Part shown: one piece after another, positions 20,438-30,645 of the stretch
Numbering within the stretch: position 1 is the first letter of the stretch
Layout of the letters: each line of letters opens with the position of its first letter
Program-made: the position numbers and the translations under genes
Notes under the pieces: generated by a model
The model's database searches: none
Told to the model about the DNA's origin: nothing
What the model saw: the letters and a program-made list of their open reading frames with translations, nothing else
Origin: Candidatus Poribacteria bacterium
Lineage (GTDB): Bacteria > Poribacteria > WGA-4E > WGA-3G
NCBI GenBank assembly: GCA_965198235.1
Contig: OZ240248.1
Span: forward strand, 128,001-192,000
Direction: 5' to 3'
DNA length: 64,000 nt

Positions 20438-22855
20438 ATGTTTGAAAAAATGATGAAGTACCCCATTGACGTTTTCCGAGAGGGGAATTTCTCGTTCGGG
20501 GTACCATTGCCAGGGCTTCTTATAGCCGTTCTACTCGTAGCACTTTTCGCCGCTACGACATGGGCATATCGGAGTACCCAAGGACGCATCCAACGCGTCT
20601 TCCGGGGCTTTCTCATCTTTCTCCGCACGATTGTACTTTGCCTGCTTGCCTTCTGCCTTCTTAAACCCTTTCTAACAATTTATCAAACAAACCCTGATGA
20701 TTCCTATCTGTTGGTGATGGTTGATCGGTCCAAAAGTATGCAGATTACCGATTCTGCTGATTCAGTGACACGGTTGCACCGCGTCAACGACCTACTCTTT
20801 TCGGAAGAAGAGGGACTCCTTGAAAAGCTGAACGCTAAATTCAAAGTCAGGCTCTTTGCATTCGACACTACGGCAAAACGGATTCCGAGCGAGACGTTGA
20901 CCAGGGCAGAGGGGGAAAGTACAGATATCCCACAAGCGTTAAACGAAGCACTTGATGACTTGCAGGGAATCCCACTCTCCGGAGCTGTACTCTTGACTGA
21001 TGGTGTGGACAGAAGTGGTGTTGATGTCGCAAAGTTCGCAATGCAAATCCGAGAGCGGAAATTACCTATCCATACGGTTGGCATTGGCACAGAAGAGGGC
21101 AATCCAGATCTCGAGCTTGTCAAGGTCGATGTGCCTCGGACTGCAGAAGAAGATTTTCCTGTCAAGGTATGGGTAACGCTGAAGCGGAAGCGGTTCAAAG
21201 GAAAAAAGGTGAATGTCCAATTAACAAGCAACGGACGAGTCCTGAAAACTGAGTCCGTCGATATGGATGAAGGAACCTCTTGGATGTCGCAGCTCAGCGG
21301 GACAGATTCAGCTTCTAATACCAAGACGGAACGCGTATTGCTTAAATTTACCCCTCGCGAAGCCGGCACCCAAAAATTTGAAGTACATGCGGAGTTAGGA
21401 GAAGTGGAAGCGGTCCCACAAAACAACACGAAAACGTTTTTACTCAAGGTGGCACCTACCAAACGTGTGAAAATCCTGTTTGTTGATGGTAAACCGCGTT
21501 ATGAATTTGGCTTTATAAAGCGTGCCTTGAAAAACGACCCGAACATCCAATTAACGGATCGGTTTTTGAAAAGCGTCACTGATGGTGAGCGGAAGTACGG
21601 CGGCACCCGCACCGAGGCATCACATGATTTTAAATTTTATCCGGACGATAAGGAGATGCTTTTTGACTTTGACGCTATCATTTTAGGCAACGTGGATGCA
21701 TCCGAATTTACACCTTCACAGTTGGAGAATACAGTTGAGTTTGTACGCACCCGAGGGGGCGGCCTGCTTATGTTGGGTGGTTCCAGTTCTTTAGGTAACC
21801 ATGAGCTTTCTGGGTCCTATATCAACACGCCGATTGCGCAATGTCTCCCCGTAGAATTGGAGCTTGGATCCCCACCACCTCCATTAGCACCGAGGCGACT
21901 CGGTAGGTCGATCACGAGTTCACAGCCTATTAGAGACAAGGGCTATAAATTGCAACTCACACCGGAAGGGAAAGTCGAAACTTTGATGGCTTTGGTGGAT
22001 ATGCCTGCCGAGAATTTGGAACGCTGGCAGATCTTGCCTACGTTGAAGGGATATAGTAAGGTGAAACGTGCCAAAGCAGGAGCAATCGTTTTGGCGGAGC
22101 ATCCAACCGATCGGAATGAATTCGGCAATCGAATTCTTATCGCAACGCATAATTACAATGCCGGACGCGTAATGGTATTTACACCGCATACCTCTTGGCG
22201 CTGGCAGATGCTACCTTCTCATGAAGATGGGGATCAACGATTCTGGCACCAAGAGGATAGTCCGGAACGGTTCTGGCGACAGGCAGCGAAGTGGCTGACG
22301 ACTGCCCCGAAGGAACATATTAAACTCGATATTGCAAAAACGGCTTACGCTTTGAAAGAGCCTATCGTAATTGAGGTCACTGCCACGGATCCACAGTTTC
22401 AGTTGACAAACAACGCGAAAATCCGAGCCGTGGTTCTTGATGAAGCTGGGAAACGCAGGGAGTTAAAACTTGAACAGGTCCTCGGCAAAGATGGACGCTA
22501 CACGGCGCGTTTTATTCCGAATCGTTACGGCGAATACACCATCACCGCAACCGGGACCCTTGGTAGCGAAAACTTAGGCGAACAACAGACCCTTTTTGAG
22601 GTAAAAACATCTTACGCCGAATTTAGTAATGCTGAGCTGAACGTCGCGCTTCTCAAAACGCTTGCTGAAGGAAGTGGCGGTACGTACTACACCATGGAAG
22701 AAGCAACCCAACTTGTAAACCAGATTCCGCTTGTCGAGAGTGCAACATCAAAGATTACGGATGTTGATATCTGGGATATGCCTCTCATTTTCGGTGCGGT
22801 TATCGCGCTACTTGGGTTTGAGTGGTTCTTAAGAAAACGCGGTGGTCTCGTGTAA
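20438..22855 (+). CDS. Membrane protein with vWA domain and class I glutamine-amidotransferase-like (DUF1355-type) domain
   Basis: Two N-terminal TMs, VDRSKSM MIDAS motif, LLTDG, GGGLLMLGG, C-terminal EWFLRKRGGL. Confidence 0.8.
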   Translation: MFEKMMKYPIDVFREGNFSFGVPLPGLLIAVLLVALFAATTWAYRSTQGRIQRVFRGFLIFLRTIVLCLLAFCLLKPFLTIYQTNPDDSYLLVMVDRSKSMQITDSADSVTRLHRVNDLLFSEEEGLLEKLNAKFKVRLFAFDTTAKRIPSETLTRAEGESTDIPQALNEALDDLQGIPLSGAVLLTDGVDRSGVDVAKFAMQIRERKLPIHTVGIGTEEGNPDLELVKVDVPRTAEEDFPVKVWVTLKRKRFKGKKVNVQLTSNGRVLKTESVDMDEGTSWMSQLSGTDSASNTKTERVLLKFTPREAGTQKFEVHAELGEVEAVPQNNTKTFLLKVAPTKRVKILFVDGKPRYEFGFIKRALKNDPNIQLTDRFLKSVTDGERKYGGTRTEASHDFKFYPDDKEMLFDFDAIILGNVDASEFTPSQLENTVEFVRTRGGGLLMLGGSSSLGNHELSGSYINTPIAQCLPVELELGSPPPPLAPRRLGRSITSSQPIRDKGYKLQLTPEGKVETLMALVDMPAENLERWQILPTLKGYSKVKRAKAGAIVLAEHPTDRNEFGNRILIATHNYNAGRVMVFTPHTSWRWQMLPSHEDGDQRFWHQEDSPERFWRQAAKWLTTAPKEHIKLDIAKTAYALKEPIVIEVTATDPQFQLTNNAKIRAVVLDEAGKRRELKLEQVLGKDGRYTARFIPNRYGEYTITATGTLGSENLGEQQTLFEVKTSYAEFSNAELNVALLKTLAEGSGGTYYTMEEATQLVNQIPLVESATSKITDVDIWDMPLIFGAVIALLGFEWFLRKRGGLV

Positions 22856-22901
22856 CCGATGTCTGAAAATTAAAATCGAAAGGAGAAATAATTTATAAAA
22901 A

Positions 22902-24254
22902 ATGAGTTATAAAAGCGTCATGTTTGTTATCGCGGACGATTGGAGCCGCATCGCAAAGTGCTATGGAAATGAGGTTATCCGAACCCCGCACATCGATGCG
23001 TTTGCCGAACGCGGTGTTGTGTTTGACTACGCATTCTGTACCAGCCCCTCGTGCGCCGTGAGTCGCGCCTGTATTCTCACGGGACAGCATAGCCATACAC
23101 ACGGGCAATATGGACACTGCCACGGCATTCACGGATTTCGCACGCACGAATATATGCAATCGGTGCCGAAAATTCTGAAAGCGCACGGATTTGCTACGGC
23201 GTGCATCGGAAAGAAACACGTTGAACCCGAAAGTGTTTACCCTTTCGATTTTGAACCGAAAGTCGATCCCCGAAGTCCTGTGGACACGGCGGCGAAGGTT
23301 ACACAATTTCTCAACGAGAATTCAGATACACCTTTTTATCTCCATATCGGCAGTACGTATCCACATCGTGCTGGCAAAGGATTTGGGAACGACCGGACGC
23401 ACGCTGGCATTCGACCGGGTTCTTATGCGCCAGGTGAAATCATTGTACCGAACTTCCTGCCGGACGTGCCCGCTGTACGTGAAGATCTCGCTGATTATTA
23501 CGAAAGTGTTTCACGGTGGGATACTGTAGTGGGTGCGGTTTTGGAGGCACTTGACGCTTCTGGGCGCACAGATGAAACCCTCGTTTTTGTCACAACCGAT
23601 CACGCAATGCCATTTCCGGGCGCGAAGGCATCCAGTTTTGATAGCGGACACCACTGTCCACTGCTTATCGCCAGCCCAACACAACAGAAACGCGATTTCC
23701 ACAATCAGGCACTCGTCAACTGGGTAGACTTTTGTCCAACAATGTTGGATTGGTGCGGTGTTACACATCCCGATGGCGCAGACGCACTTCCCGGTAGGTC
23801 GCTGCTCACTGTCCTGGAGGACGATAGTCCACACCCCGGTAATAGGGACTGGGAGGAAACGTACTTTTCCCACTGTTTCCATGAAGTGACGAACTATTAT
23901 CCCTATCGCGTGCTGCGCGGCAGACGATATAAGTACGTCCGCAATCTGGCATACCAATTAGAAACTCCACTCCCAAGCGACCTATTCCGTTCAATCTCAT
24001 GGACAGCAGTGCGGAACGACAACGTCCAGCACCTCGGTGAACGACAACGGACCGAATTTCTACAGCAAGGTCGTGAGGCTTTATTTGATATGCAGAACGA
24101 TCCAGCAGAATCGAAAAACCTTATTGACGTGCCAGAGTTACAAGACATTGCTAATGAGATGCGTCAAAAGGTTATCGAATTCAGGCAAAAAACCGAGGAT
24201 CCGTGGCTTGAGCAGTCCTTCCAGGAAGGCGAAACGCAACCTTTTTTCACTTAA
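22902..24254 (+). CDS. Sulfatase, N-sulfoglucosamine sulfohydrolase-like
   Basis: IADD, RTPHIDAFAERG, SCAVSRACILTG, GKKHV, TTDHAMPFPGAK. Confidence 0.88.
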   Translation: MSYKSVMFVIADDWSRIAKCYGNEVIRTPHIDAFAERGVVFDYAFCTSPSCAVSRACILTGQHSHTHGQYGHCHGIHGFRTHEYMQSVPKILKAHGFATACIGKKHVEPESVYPFDFEPKVDPRSPVDTAAKVTQFLNENSDTPFYLHIGSTYPHRAGKGFGNDRTHAGIRPGSYAPGEIIVPNFLPDVPAVREDLADYYESVSRWDTVVGAVLEALDASGRTDETLVFVTTDHAMPFPGAKASSFDSGHHCPLLIASPTQQKRDFHNQALVNWVDFCPTMLDWCGVTHPDGADALPGRSLLTVLEDDSPHPGNRDWEETYFSHCFHEVTNYYPYRVLRGRRYKYVRNLAYQLETPLPSDLFRSISWTAVRNDNVQHLGERQRTEFLQQGREALFDMQNDPAESKNLIDVPELQDIANEMRQKVIEFRQKTEDPWLEQSFQEGETQPFFT

Positions 24255-24543
24255 TAGCCATCAACTGTCAGCAATCAGAAAGAGACTTTAGTTTAATCAG
24301 GTGAGTTCAGGGCAAGGTTTTAATGGTCTTGGATTTCACATGCGTTCAACTCGATCTACGTTCTCTAAAACCCTTTGTTTATTGTAGGAATGCTACCAAG
24401 CGGAGACGATTTAGTTCTTTGTATTGTAGGTAACACGTACTGCCCGCAACAGAAAACCGTAATTTCCAGCAACTCGGTACCGATCTCGTCAGAAACGACG
24501 ATCTGACAACGGAAGATCGTCACGAAGGCCCATATTTAAAAAT

Positions 24544-25536
24544 ATGCAAAATTACGATTTAGAAGCGATGAATGCCCGCATCCAAGCGGATAGTGGGCTT
24601 ATACAGCAGATTCTCACAGAGACAGGAAAAGTCATCGTTGGGCAGAGCGCGTTGTTAGAGGGATTAGTGATAGGGTTGCTCTGCAACGGGCATATTCTAC
24701 TTGAAGGGGTACCCGGACTCGCAAAGACGACTGCCGTGAGTGCACTTGCGCAGACGATTGACGCTTCTTTCAATCGCCTTCAGTTTACACCCGATCTGCT
24801 ACCCGCCGACCTCGTCGGCACACTCATCTACGACCAACAAAAGGGTGATTTTTACACAAAAAAAGGACCGATTTTCGCCAACGTTATCCTCGCAGATGAG
24901 ATAAATCGTGCCCCCGCCAAAGTGCAAAGTGCCTTACTTGAAGCGATGCAGGAACGTCAGGTAACAATCGGCGGGACTACCTATCCACTTGACAATCCAT
25001 TTCTCGTTCTGGCGACCCAAAACCCGATTGAGCATGAAGGCACCTATCCGCTCCCCGAAGCGCAGGTAGATAGATTTATGCTGAAGATTAAGGTTAACTA
25101 CCCTTCGCATGCAGAGGAATTGCAAATTCTTCGACGGATGACAACCGAAGAGATCTCCACGATTCAACCCGTGATTTCCCCGGAAGATATTATCCGATTC
25201 CGAGAGGTGGTCCGAAACATCTATATGGCAGAGCAGTTGGAGAATTACATTGTCGATTTGGTATGTGCGACGCGCGCACCCGAAGCGTATCAGTTGGATG
25301 AACTCAGCACGTTAATTGAATACGGTGGCTCACCGCGTGCGACCATTTTTCTCGCGTTTGCCGCAAGGGCGCGAGCGTTCCTCTCTCAACGCGGTTACGT
25401 TACCCCTGAAGACATCCACGCAGTCGGCATGGATGTCCTGAGACACAGGGTCATCATCAGCTACGAAGCAGAGGCGGACGGACGCGATGTTGAGAGCATT
25501 ATCTCACAGGTGTTCGCAAAAATTGAAGTGCCTTAA
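24544..25536 (+). CDS. MoxR family AAA+ ATPase
   Basis: LEGVPGLAKT, QFTPDLLPAD, DEINRAPAKVQSALLEAMQE, TQNPIEHEGTYPLPEAQ. Confidence 0.95.
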   Translation: MQNYDLEAMNARIQADSGLIQQILTETGKVIVGQSALLEGLVIGLLCNGHILLEGVPGLAKTTAVSALAQTIDASFNRLQFTPDLLPADLVGTLIYDQQKGDFYTKKGPIFANVILADEINRAPAKVQSALLEAMQERQVTIGGTTYPLDNPFLVLATQNPIEHEGTYPLPEAQVDRFMLKIKVNYPSHAEELQILRRMTTEEISTIQPVISPEDIIRFREVVRNIYMAEQLENYIVDLVCATRAPEAYQLDELSTLIEYGGSPRATIFLAFAARARAFLSQRGYVTPEDIHAVGMDVLRHRVIISYEAEADGRDVESIISQVFAKIEVP

Positions 25537-25643
25537 AGTCTATCGAATTCATCTATAGTGAGTCCAGCATGCCTCAAAATAGATCGGAGTGTCCCAATCT
25601 TTACTTCAACTCTAAAACACACCGACAACAAACTCGTTGCACA

Positions 25644-26882
25644 TTACTCCTGCGTCTGTCCAGCGACAGCTGATGCCCGTGCACCTACACCAAGCACCGC
25701 CAAAAATCCTTCTGAATCGGCATGGTCAAAGTCGCCAATCGCCTCCATAGATGCGGTCTCTTCAGAGTAGAGCGAATGCGGAGCACCACCTGCGGCATAG
25801 AACGCGACGTTCCCCTTGTAGAGTGCAACTGTAATGGTTCCACTCGCTAAGTTAGTAAGCGGTTCAATAGAAGCCAGCAGGGCTTGCGTCGCAGCATCGA
25901 ACCAGTAACCCTGATAAATCTGTTCCGCAATCGTGGCGGCTACGCCATCAAAGTGTCGGCGCGCCCGTCTATCTAAAATCAGTTGCAGCAGATACTCGTA
26001 ACACTTCCCAAGCAATTCCATCCCCGGAGATTCATAAACGCCACGGCTCTTAATCCCGACGAACCGGTTTTCAACGGTGTGAATGCCGATCCCGACACCA
26101 TTTCGTCCACCGATGCGATTTGCCTCTAATAGACTCTGGAGGGATGTGACAGGGCTTCCGTTAACTTCAACAGGTGTTCCCCGCGCAAAGGTGACCGTAA
26201 AGTGCTCTACATCATCAGGCGCGTCTTTTGGATGGACTCCCATGCCGGGGGTAATAAAACCAGCAGGAGTTTTCAGTGATTCGAGCCGTCCAGCTTCATG
26301 TGTAAGTCCGAGTAGGTTCGCGTCGGTTGAGTAAGGTTTCTCGTGTGTAGCAGTAATAGGTAGGTTATGTGCTTGGCAGAAGTCTATCATCTCTTTCCTG
26401 CCACCGAACACTTTGAGAAAGTTCGGATCTCGCCACGGGGCATAAACAGCAAAGTGTGGATTGAGCATATTGGTAGCGAGTTGAAACCGCACCTGATCGT
26501 TGCCTCTGCCGGTTGCGCCGTGTGTTAATATAGCAATACCGCGCTTTTCCATCTCTGGCAGGAGTGCTTCCACCGTAACATGTCTCGCGATGCCAGTCGT
26601 ATTCCAATACCCACCTTCATACATGGCTTGGCACTGGACGAGGCGGATGCCCGCTTCTGCAAGCGCGTCTTTCGCATCTACAATAATGGCATCTTCGGCA
26701 CCGCATGCCAACATCCGTTCCCGAATTTCGGAAACGTCTCGTTCGTCAGGTTGTCCGAGGTCTGCCGTAAAACAGACGACCTTGACCCCATTATCGACTA
26801 ACCACTTGGTGATAGTACAACTATCCAAGCCACCAGAAACAGCGGCACCCACCGTTTTTCCTTTTAATGTATCAATATTCAA
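25644..26882 (-). CDS. argG: Argininosuccinate synthase
   Basis: SGGLDS, HGATGRGNDQVRF, YSTDANL, ENRFVGIKSRGVYE. Confidence 0.95.
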   Translation of the reverse strand: MNIDTLKGKTVGAAVSGGLDSCTITKWLVDNGVKVVCFTADLGQPDERDVSEIRERMLACGAEDAIIVDAKDALAEAGIRLVQCQAMYEGGYWNTTGIARHVTVEALLPEMEKRGIAILTHGATGRGNDQVRFQLATNMLNPHFAVYAPWRDPNFLKVFGGRKEMIDFCQAHNLPITATHEKPYSTDANLLGLTHEAGRLESLKTPAGFITPGMGVHPKDAPDDVEHFTVTFARGTPVEVNGSPVTSLQSLLEANRIGGRNGVGIGIHTVENRFVGIKSRGVYESPGMELLGKCYEYLLQLILDRRARRHFDGVAATIAEQIYQGYWFDAATQALLASIEPLTNLASGTITVALYKGNVAFYAAGGAPHSLYSEETASMEAIGDFDHADSEGFLAVLGVGARASAVAGQTQE

Positions 26883-26982
26883 AAGCAGTCTCCAAGGTAT
26901 TGTGTATTAAGTTATGACGGAATTATACCACTTTTTGGTGCAGCTTGCAAATCAATATTGAGACATTGAATAAAAAATAGAT

Positions 26983-27011
26983 TTGACAATTTATCTCATT
27001 TATAGCATAAT
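26983..27011 (+). promoter_or_regulatory. Sigma70-type promoter for the 983-aa ORF
   Basis: TTGACA-N17-CATAAT. Confidence 0.65.
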
Positions 27012-27199
27012 AATCCAAAGGATGCGACGGCACCTGCTCCATCTGAAGCAACCAACCTGAGAGGGGAAGGTAGCGAGACTTTTCTCCCACGCCCTCTCAC
27101 AAACCGCATTAGGTTCGCAATTTTCACACGATTCTCTCAAGTCGTTTCTAAGGTTCGTAAAAACCCAAGAACGTCCATTTTCTACGGAGATTTCCGCAC

Positions 27200-30151
27200 A
27201 TGGAATCTGTGAAGGATATTATCCAACAGTGCCATGAACAGCGACAGAAGGTCATGCAACAGCGGAAGACTATCGTTTCACCTGCTTTGTATGGGAATTA
27301 TTTTTACCATTACACAGTGCATTGTGCGCATCGGTATCCGCTGCTTTTGCATGCGCTTGAACAGGCAGATATTTCGTTTATGCCCATTGGACAGGCACCA
27401 TTCGATCGGGGTCCAGCGTATTGTGGTGGCAATCGTTTCTTAAGACGACAAGGCACACTCGACTGGAGCCCGAGGCGATGGTTTTCGTCATGGGGTATTC
27501 AGATCTATACAGGAACGCCATCTGCGCGCGACGGGGCTAACTGGCATGACATCGAGTTCACCTACAGAGCGATCCGCGACGCGCCTGATGCCGTTGTTGC
27601 ATGTGTGGACGCACTCGTCAACGCTGTTATAAATCCGCTACTCACCTTACTCAAGGGTGGAGGCTTACGGTTTTCGTGTCGAGTGCCGGACTATCTTCAT
27701 CCGAACACAACGGACGCAAGGCAATATATTCATAAGCATCTACCTGACATAGATCATACCCGCGATAGAGATATCTATGTAGACATCGTTGGGGATAAAG
27801 GCTTTACTCGTTGGGATGCCCGCTATGAAATTCTTAAGGGGAGCCTATTAGATCCGCCCATCATTTCTAAAGATGTGCTTTTTGCGTTTCTCGATGTCTT
27901 GCGAGAGTTGCTACATGAACCCGCCCCGGCATCAGAATTAGACACGATAGATGAAGCGATCGTGGATACACAGGATTTCGACGATTTTGCTGTCATAGAA
28001 TCTTTAGAAACAGAGCAAGTTGTAAATGAAAATATCCTTGCGGTGCGACGCGGTGAGCTTTCTCCGACTGGAATCAGACGACCGAAACCTATCCTTGAAA
28101 AACTGGAACGCACTGAGGCGGAGGATGAGAGGAATCTCTTTGAAGGGGAAGAACGCATTCTTGGGCTTGTCACGGGTTTGATAAGTACTGAAAAGAAACG
28201 TGAGATTGAAGCCTCCTTTCTCAATACCGTCCCTATATGTGTCAACTCTAATACCGTTTATGACGCAGAGGACGCACAGCGGTATTACGAGCGACAGGGA
28301 ATTACCGTCGGGCGATGGAAACCGCGAAACTATCGCTGGGAACAGGCGAAGGAGGAACCGCTTGCTGAACGGATGCAGAACCCTTTTGCGCATGGGAACG
28401 TCTGCGAAGATGCTGAAAGATGTGATGCGTTGGAGCAGAAGGGCGGTGATCCGAATAAAAGTATTTGCCCGAGTTGTCCCGTTTATGACGCGTGTCAAGA
28501 GCGCGGGTATCTTTCTCAATTTACTGTGCTACGGGAGAAACAGGTCATCGTATCTGATATTTCTAACCTCTTTTTGGATCGGCAGTATGAGATGTGCATT
28601 GATGCTGTGATTGAATCGGAGCGGCTCTGCATTGTCAACGATTCCGAATCGCAGATTGCGAACCTCTTTTCGGAGTGTCATCTACCGAGAGAGGTTTTGG
28701 AGGGTTGGATTACCCATTGGAACGGCTCTGCTTTAGGACGCTTCGCGAAGACGCTACTCAATGCGATTCGGATCACAGATCGACTTCATGGCGATATTGT
28801 CAAGCGTGTCCGCACAGTCGTTCAGGCATTTGAAGGTTTGGAAGGGGCTCTTATCAGCGAGATGTGTCAGGTGAATTGCCCAATCGAGAGAGATGGTGAT
28901 GAGATTGCCATAAGCATGGATGAAGCGATCCAGTTAGGGATTTTGGATGTATCCACATCCGAAAGCATCAAGAGGTTCCCAACGGTTTCTTGGAACCCGG
29001 ATTGGACATTTTGGCATCAACTGAAATCCTTTTTTTCGCACTACCCTCGCGATACGGACGCGCCTCTGTTTGTTGATGAAGGTGTGTTGAGATTCTGGTT
29101 ACCACCGGTGCTACATCAACGGGTCAAGAAACTTATATTCATGTCACCTTCGGCTTCAGAAAACCATTTAAAGCAAGCGTTCCCGGATGCGTCAGTGGCG
29201 GTGAGAGCGGTTGAGATACTGGAGGCATCGATTCAGGAGAACAGAGTTTTCCAGTTGCGGAGTGCAACACACACCGCACGCGCAATCACGAATTACGATG
29301 TCGATTGGGATGTGTATGGTCTCTCGAAAATCGGGCATCGTTTCTTTCTCAGTATCCATCGTGATATAGAAAAGCACCCAGATCGCAATCATGTTGTTAT
29401 ATCGAGTTTGGGGGCAGTTTCGATGTTAAAAGATGTGTTTGGTGGGAGGGTCCTTACCTACACGGATCTCGTCAGAGACACCTCAGAAGATGTCGCAGAT
29501 GTTGTTTGGGTAGTCGGAACGCCTTACTTTCCTCCGAGTTTTATCTGGGAACAGGCGAAAATATTGTTTGGAAACCAAGTCGAGCCGTTAAGTTATAATC
29601 TGACGATGAACCCTTATCAATTCGAAGATGAACGCATACAAGAACTCTACGAACAGAATGCTATAGGTGTACTGACACAGATTGTCCGTATCGCTGGATT
29701 CAATGAGGCATCAGATAAAACGCTGATTCTCAACACGGCTTTGCGGATACCCTCTGTCACCGACGCGCCAGAGACGGAATTGTTTGATTGGGAAGACTTC
29801 GAGATCGCTGGTGGGTTGGATGAACTTTCAGAGACGATTCGGATACGTGAGGGGTACGAGGCAGAATACGCGAACATGGATGCGTCTTGGAGCCGAAAAC
29901 GCGTTGAATATTTGCTTGGTGTTTCTAAGGCGCAAGCGAACCGCATCTTGATGAGATTGAGGGGTAGTAAACTCGAGCGGATCCCATTTCATGTGCAGAT
30001 TTTCGAGCTGCTCTCGGATGGAGAGAAAACAACATCTGAAATCCTTGAATCAATTCAGGGGAATCCGGGCTCCATTAAAAACGAACTCACCCATCTTGTA
30101 GAAATGGGTGAGATTGTCAGGATCCGGCGCGGTGTTTATGCGTTAGCATAG
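27200..30151 (+). CDS. Large hypothetical protein resembling a degenerate Prim-Pol/Cys-cluster/helicase/wHTH fusion
   Basis: 983-aa uninterrupted ORF with GGAG RBS; GIQIYTG..WHDIEF..KGGGLRF, CxxxxxC..CPSCPVYDAC, C-terminal LTHLVEMGEIVRIRRGVY winged helix. Confidence 0.6.
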   Translation: MESVKDIIQQCHEQRQKVMQQRKTIVSPALYGNYFYHYTVHCAHRYPLLLHALEQADISFMPIGQAPFDRGPAYCGGNRFLRRQGTLDWSPRRWFSSWGIQIYTGTPSARDGANWHDIEFTYRAIRDAPDAVVACVDALVNAVINPLLTLLKGGGLRFSCRVPDYLHPNTTDARQYIHKHLPDIDHTRDRDIYVDIVGDKGFTRWDARYEILKGSLLDPPIISKDVLFAFLDVLRELLHEPAPASELDTIDEAIVDTQDFDDFAVIESLETEQVVNENILAVRRGELSPTGIRRPKPILEKLERTEAEDERNLFEGEERILGLVTGLISTEKKREIEASFLNTVPICVNSNTVYDAEDAQRYYERQGITVGRWKPRNYRWEQAKEEPLAERMQNPFAHGNVCEDAERCDALEQKGGDPNKSICPSCPVYDACQERGYLSQFTVLREKQVIVSDISNLFLDRQYEMCIDAVIESERLCIVNDSESQIANLFSECHLPREVLEGWITHWNGSALGRFAKTLLNAIRITDRLHGDIVKRVRTVVQAFEGLEGALISEMCQVNCPIERDGDEIAISMDEAIQLGILDVSTSESIKRFPTVSWNPDWTFWHQLKSFFSHYPRDTDAPLFVDEGVLRFWLPPVLHQRVKKLIFMSPSASENHLKQAFPDASVAVRAVEILEASIQENRVFQLRSATHTARAITNYDVDWDVYGLSKIGHRFFLSIHRDIEKHPDRNHVVISSLGAVSMLKDVFGGRVLTYTDLVRDTSEDVADVVWVVGTPYFPPSFIWEQAKILFGNQVEPLSYNLTMNPYQFEDERIQELYEQNAIGVLTQIVRIAGFNEASDKTLILNTALRIPSVTDAPETELFDWEDFEIAGGLDELSETIRIREGYEAEYANMDASWSRKRVEYLLGVSKAQANRILMRLRGSKLERIPFHVQIFELLSDGEKTTSEILESIQGNPGSIKNELTHLVEMGEIVRIRRGVYALA

Positions 30152-30254
30152 TCAGGTATCTATCCTTTCAAACCGCATTTTTTGCACAAAATTCATCAAA
30201 AATAAGATTTTTTCATACAAAAATTGCTTTTTTTTACAATTTTTGTATTTTTTC

Positions 30255-30283
30255 TTGCAAAACCGGATTAATTGATGTATAAT
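30255..30283 (+). promoter_or_regulatory. Sigma70-type promoter with no substantial downstream CDS
   Basis: TTGCAA-N17-TATAAT preceded by an A/T tract. Confidence 0.6.
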
Positions 30284-30288
30284 TTAAA

Positions 30289-30420
30289 TATGACTGAAAT
30301 CCATTCATACATCATACGTCATCATGATTTCAGTCATACTCCAAATTCAAAAGGAGATTGGTAGAGCGCAGAGAGGAAAATTCCAGAAGCGCATCCTCTC
30401 TGCCGCTCGCCAACTCCTTC
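30289..30420 (+). ncRNA. Candidate structured ncRNA (two long hairpins)
   Basis: TATGACTGAAATC/GATTTCAGTCATA stem, then AAGGAG-ATTGGT-AGAGCG-CAGAGAGGA / TCCTCTCTG-CCGCTC-GCCAA-CTCCTT stem, starting at the predicted +1. Confidence 0.4.
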
Positions 30421-30645
30421 TTCAAGCCACCCCGGCGAATACACTCTCACATGCCCGACAGATAGGAATATTTGTTGCATCCATACTATACTAACCTAAC
30501 CCAAGTTGCTACGGACAAGATTTTAGGTATGCAGATGCCGTTTTTCATCAAAGAGGTCTGCGCAAGCCTCTATAGGAAACCTGCGGGACAATATCCGTAG
30601 AGGTTTGTCGCGTAAACTTTCAGTTTGCGCACGTGTATGCAGAAT

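Noticed and set aside
30289-30480. Retron msr-msd, 6S or SRP RNA
   Set aside because: No reverse transcriptase in the window and no matching consensus features; kept only as an unclassified ncRNA candidate.
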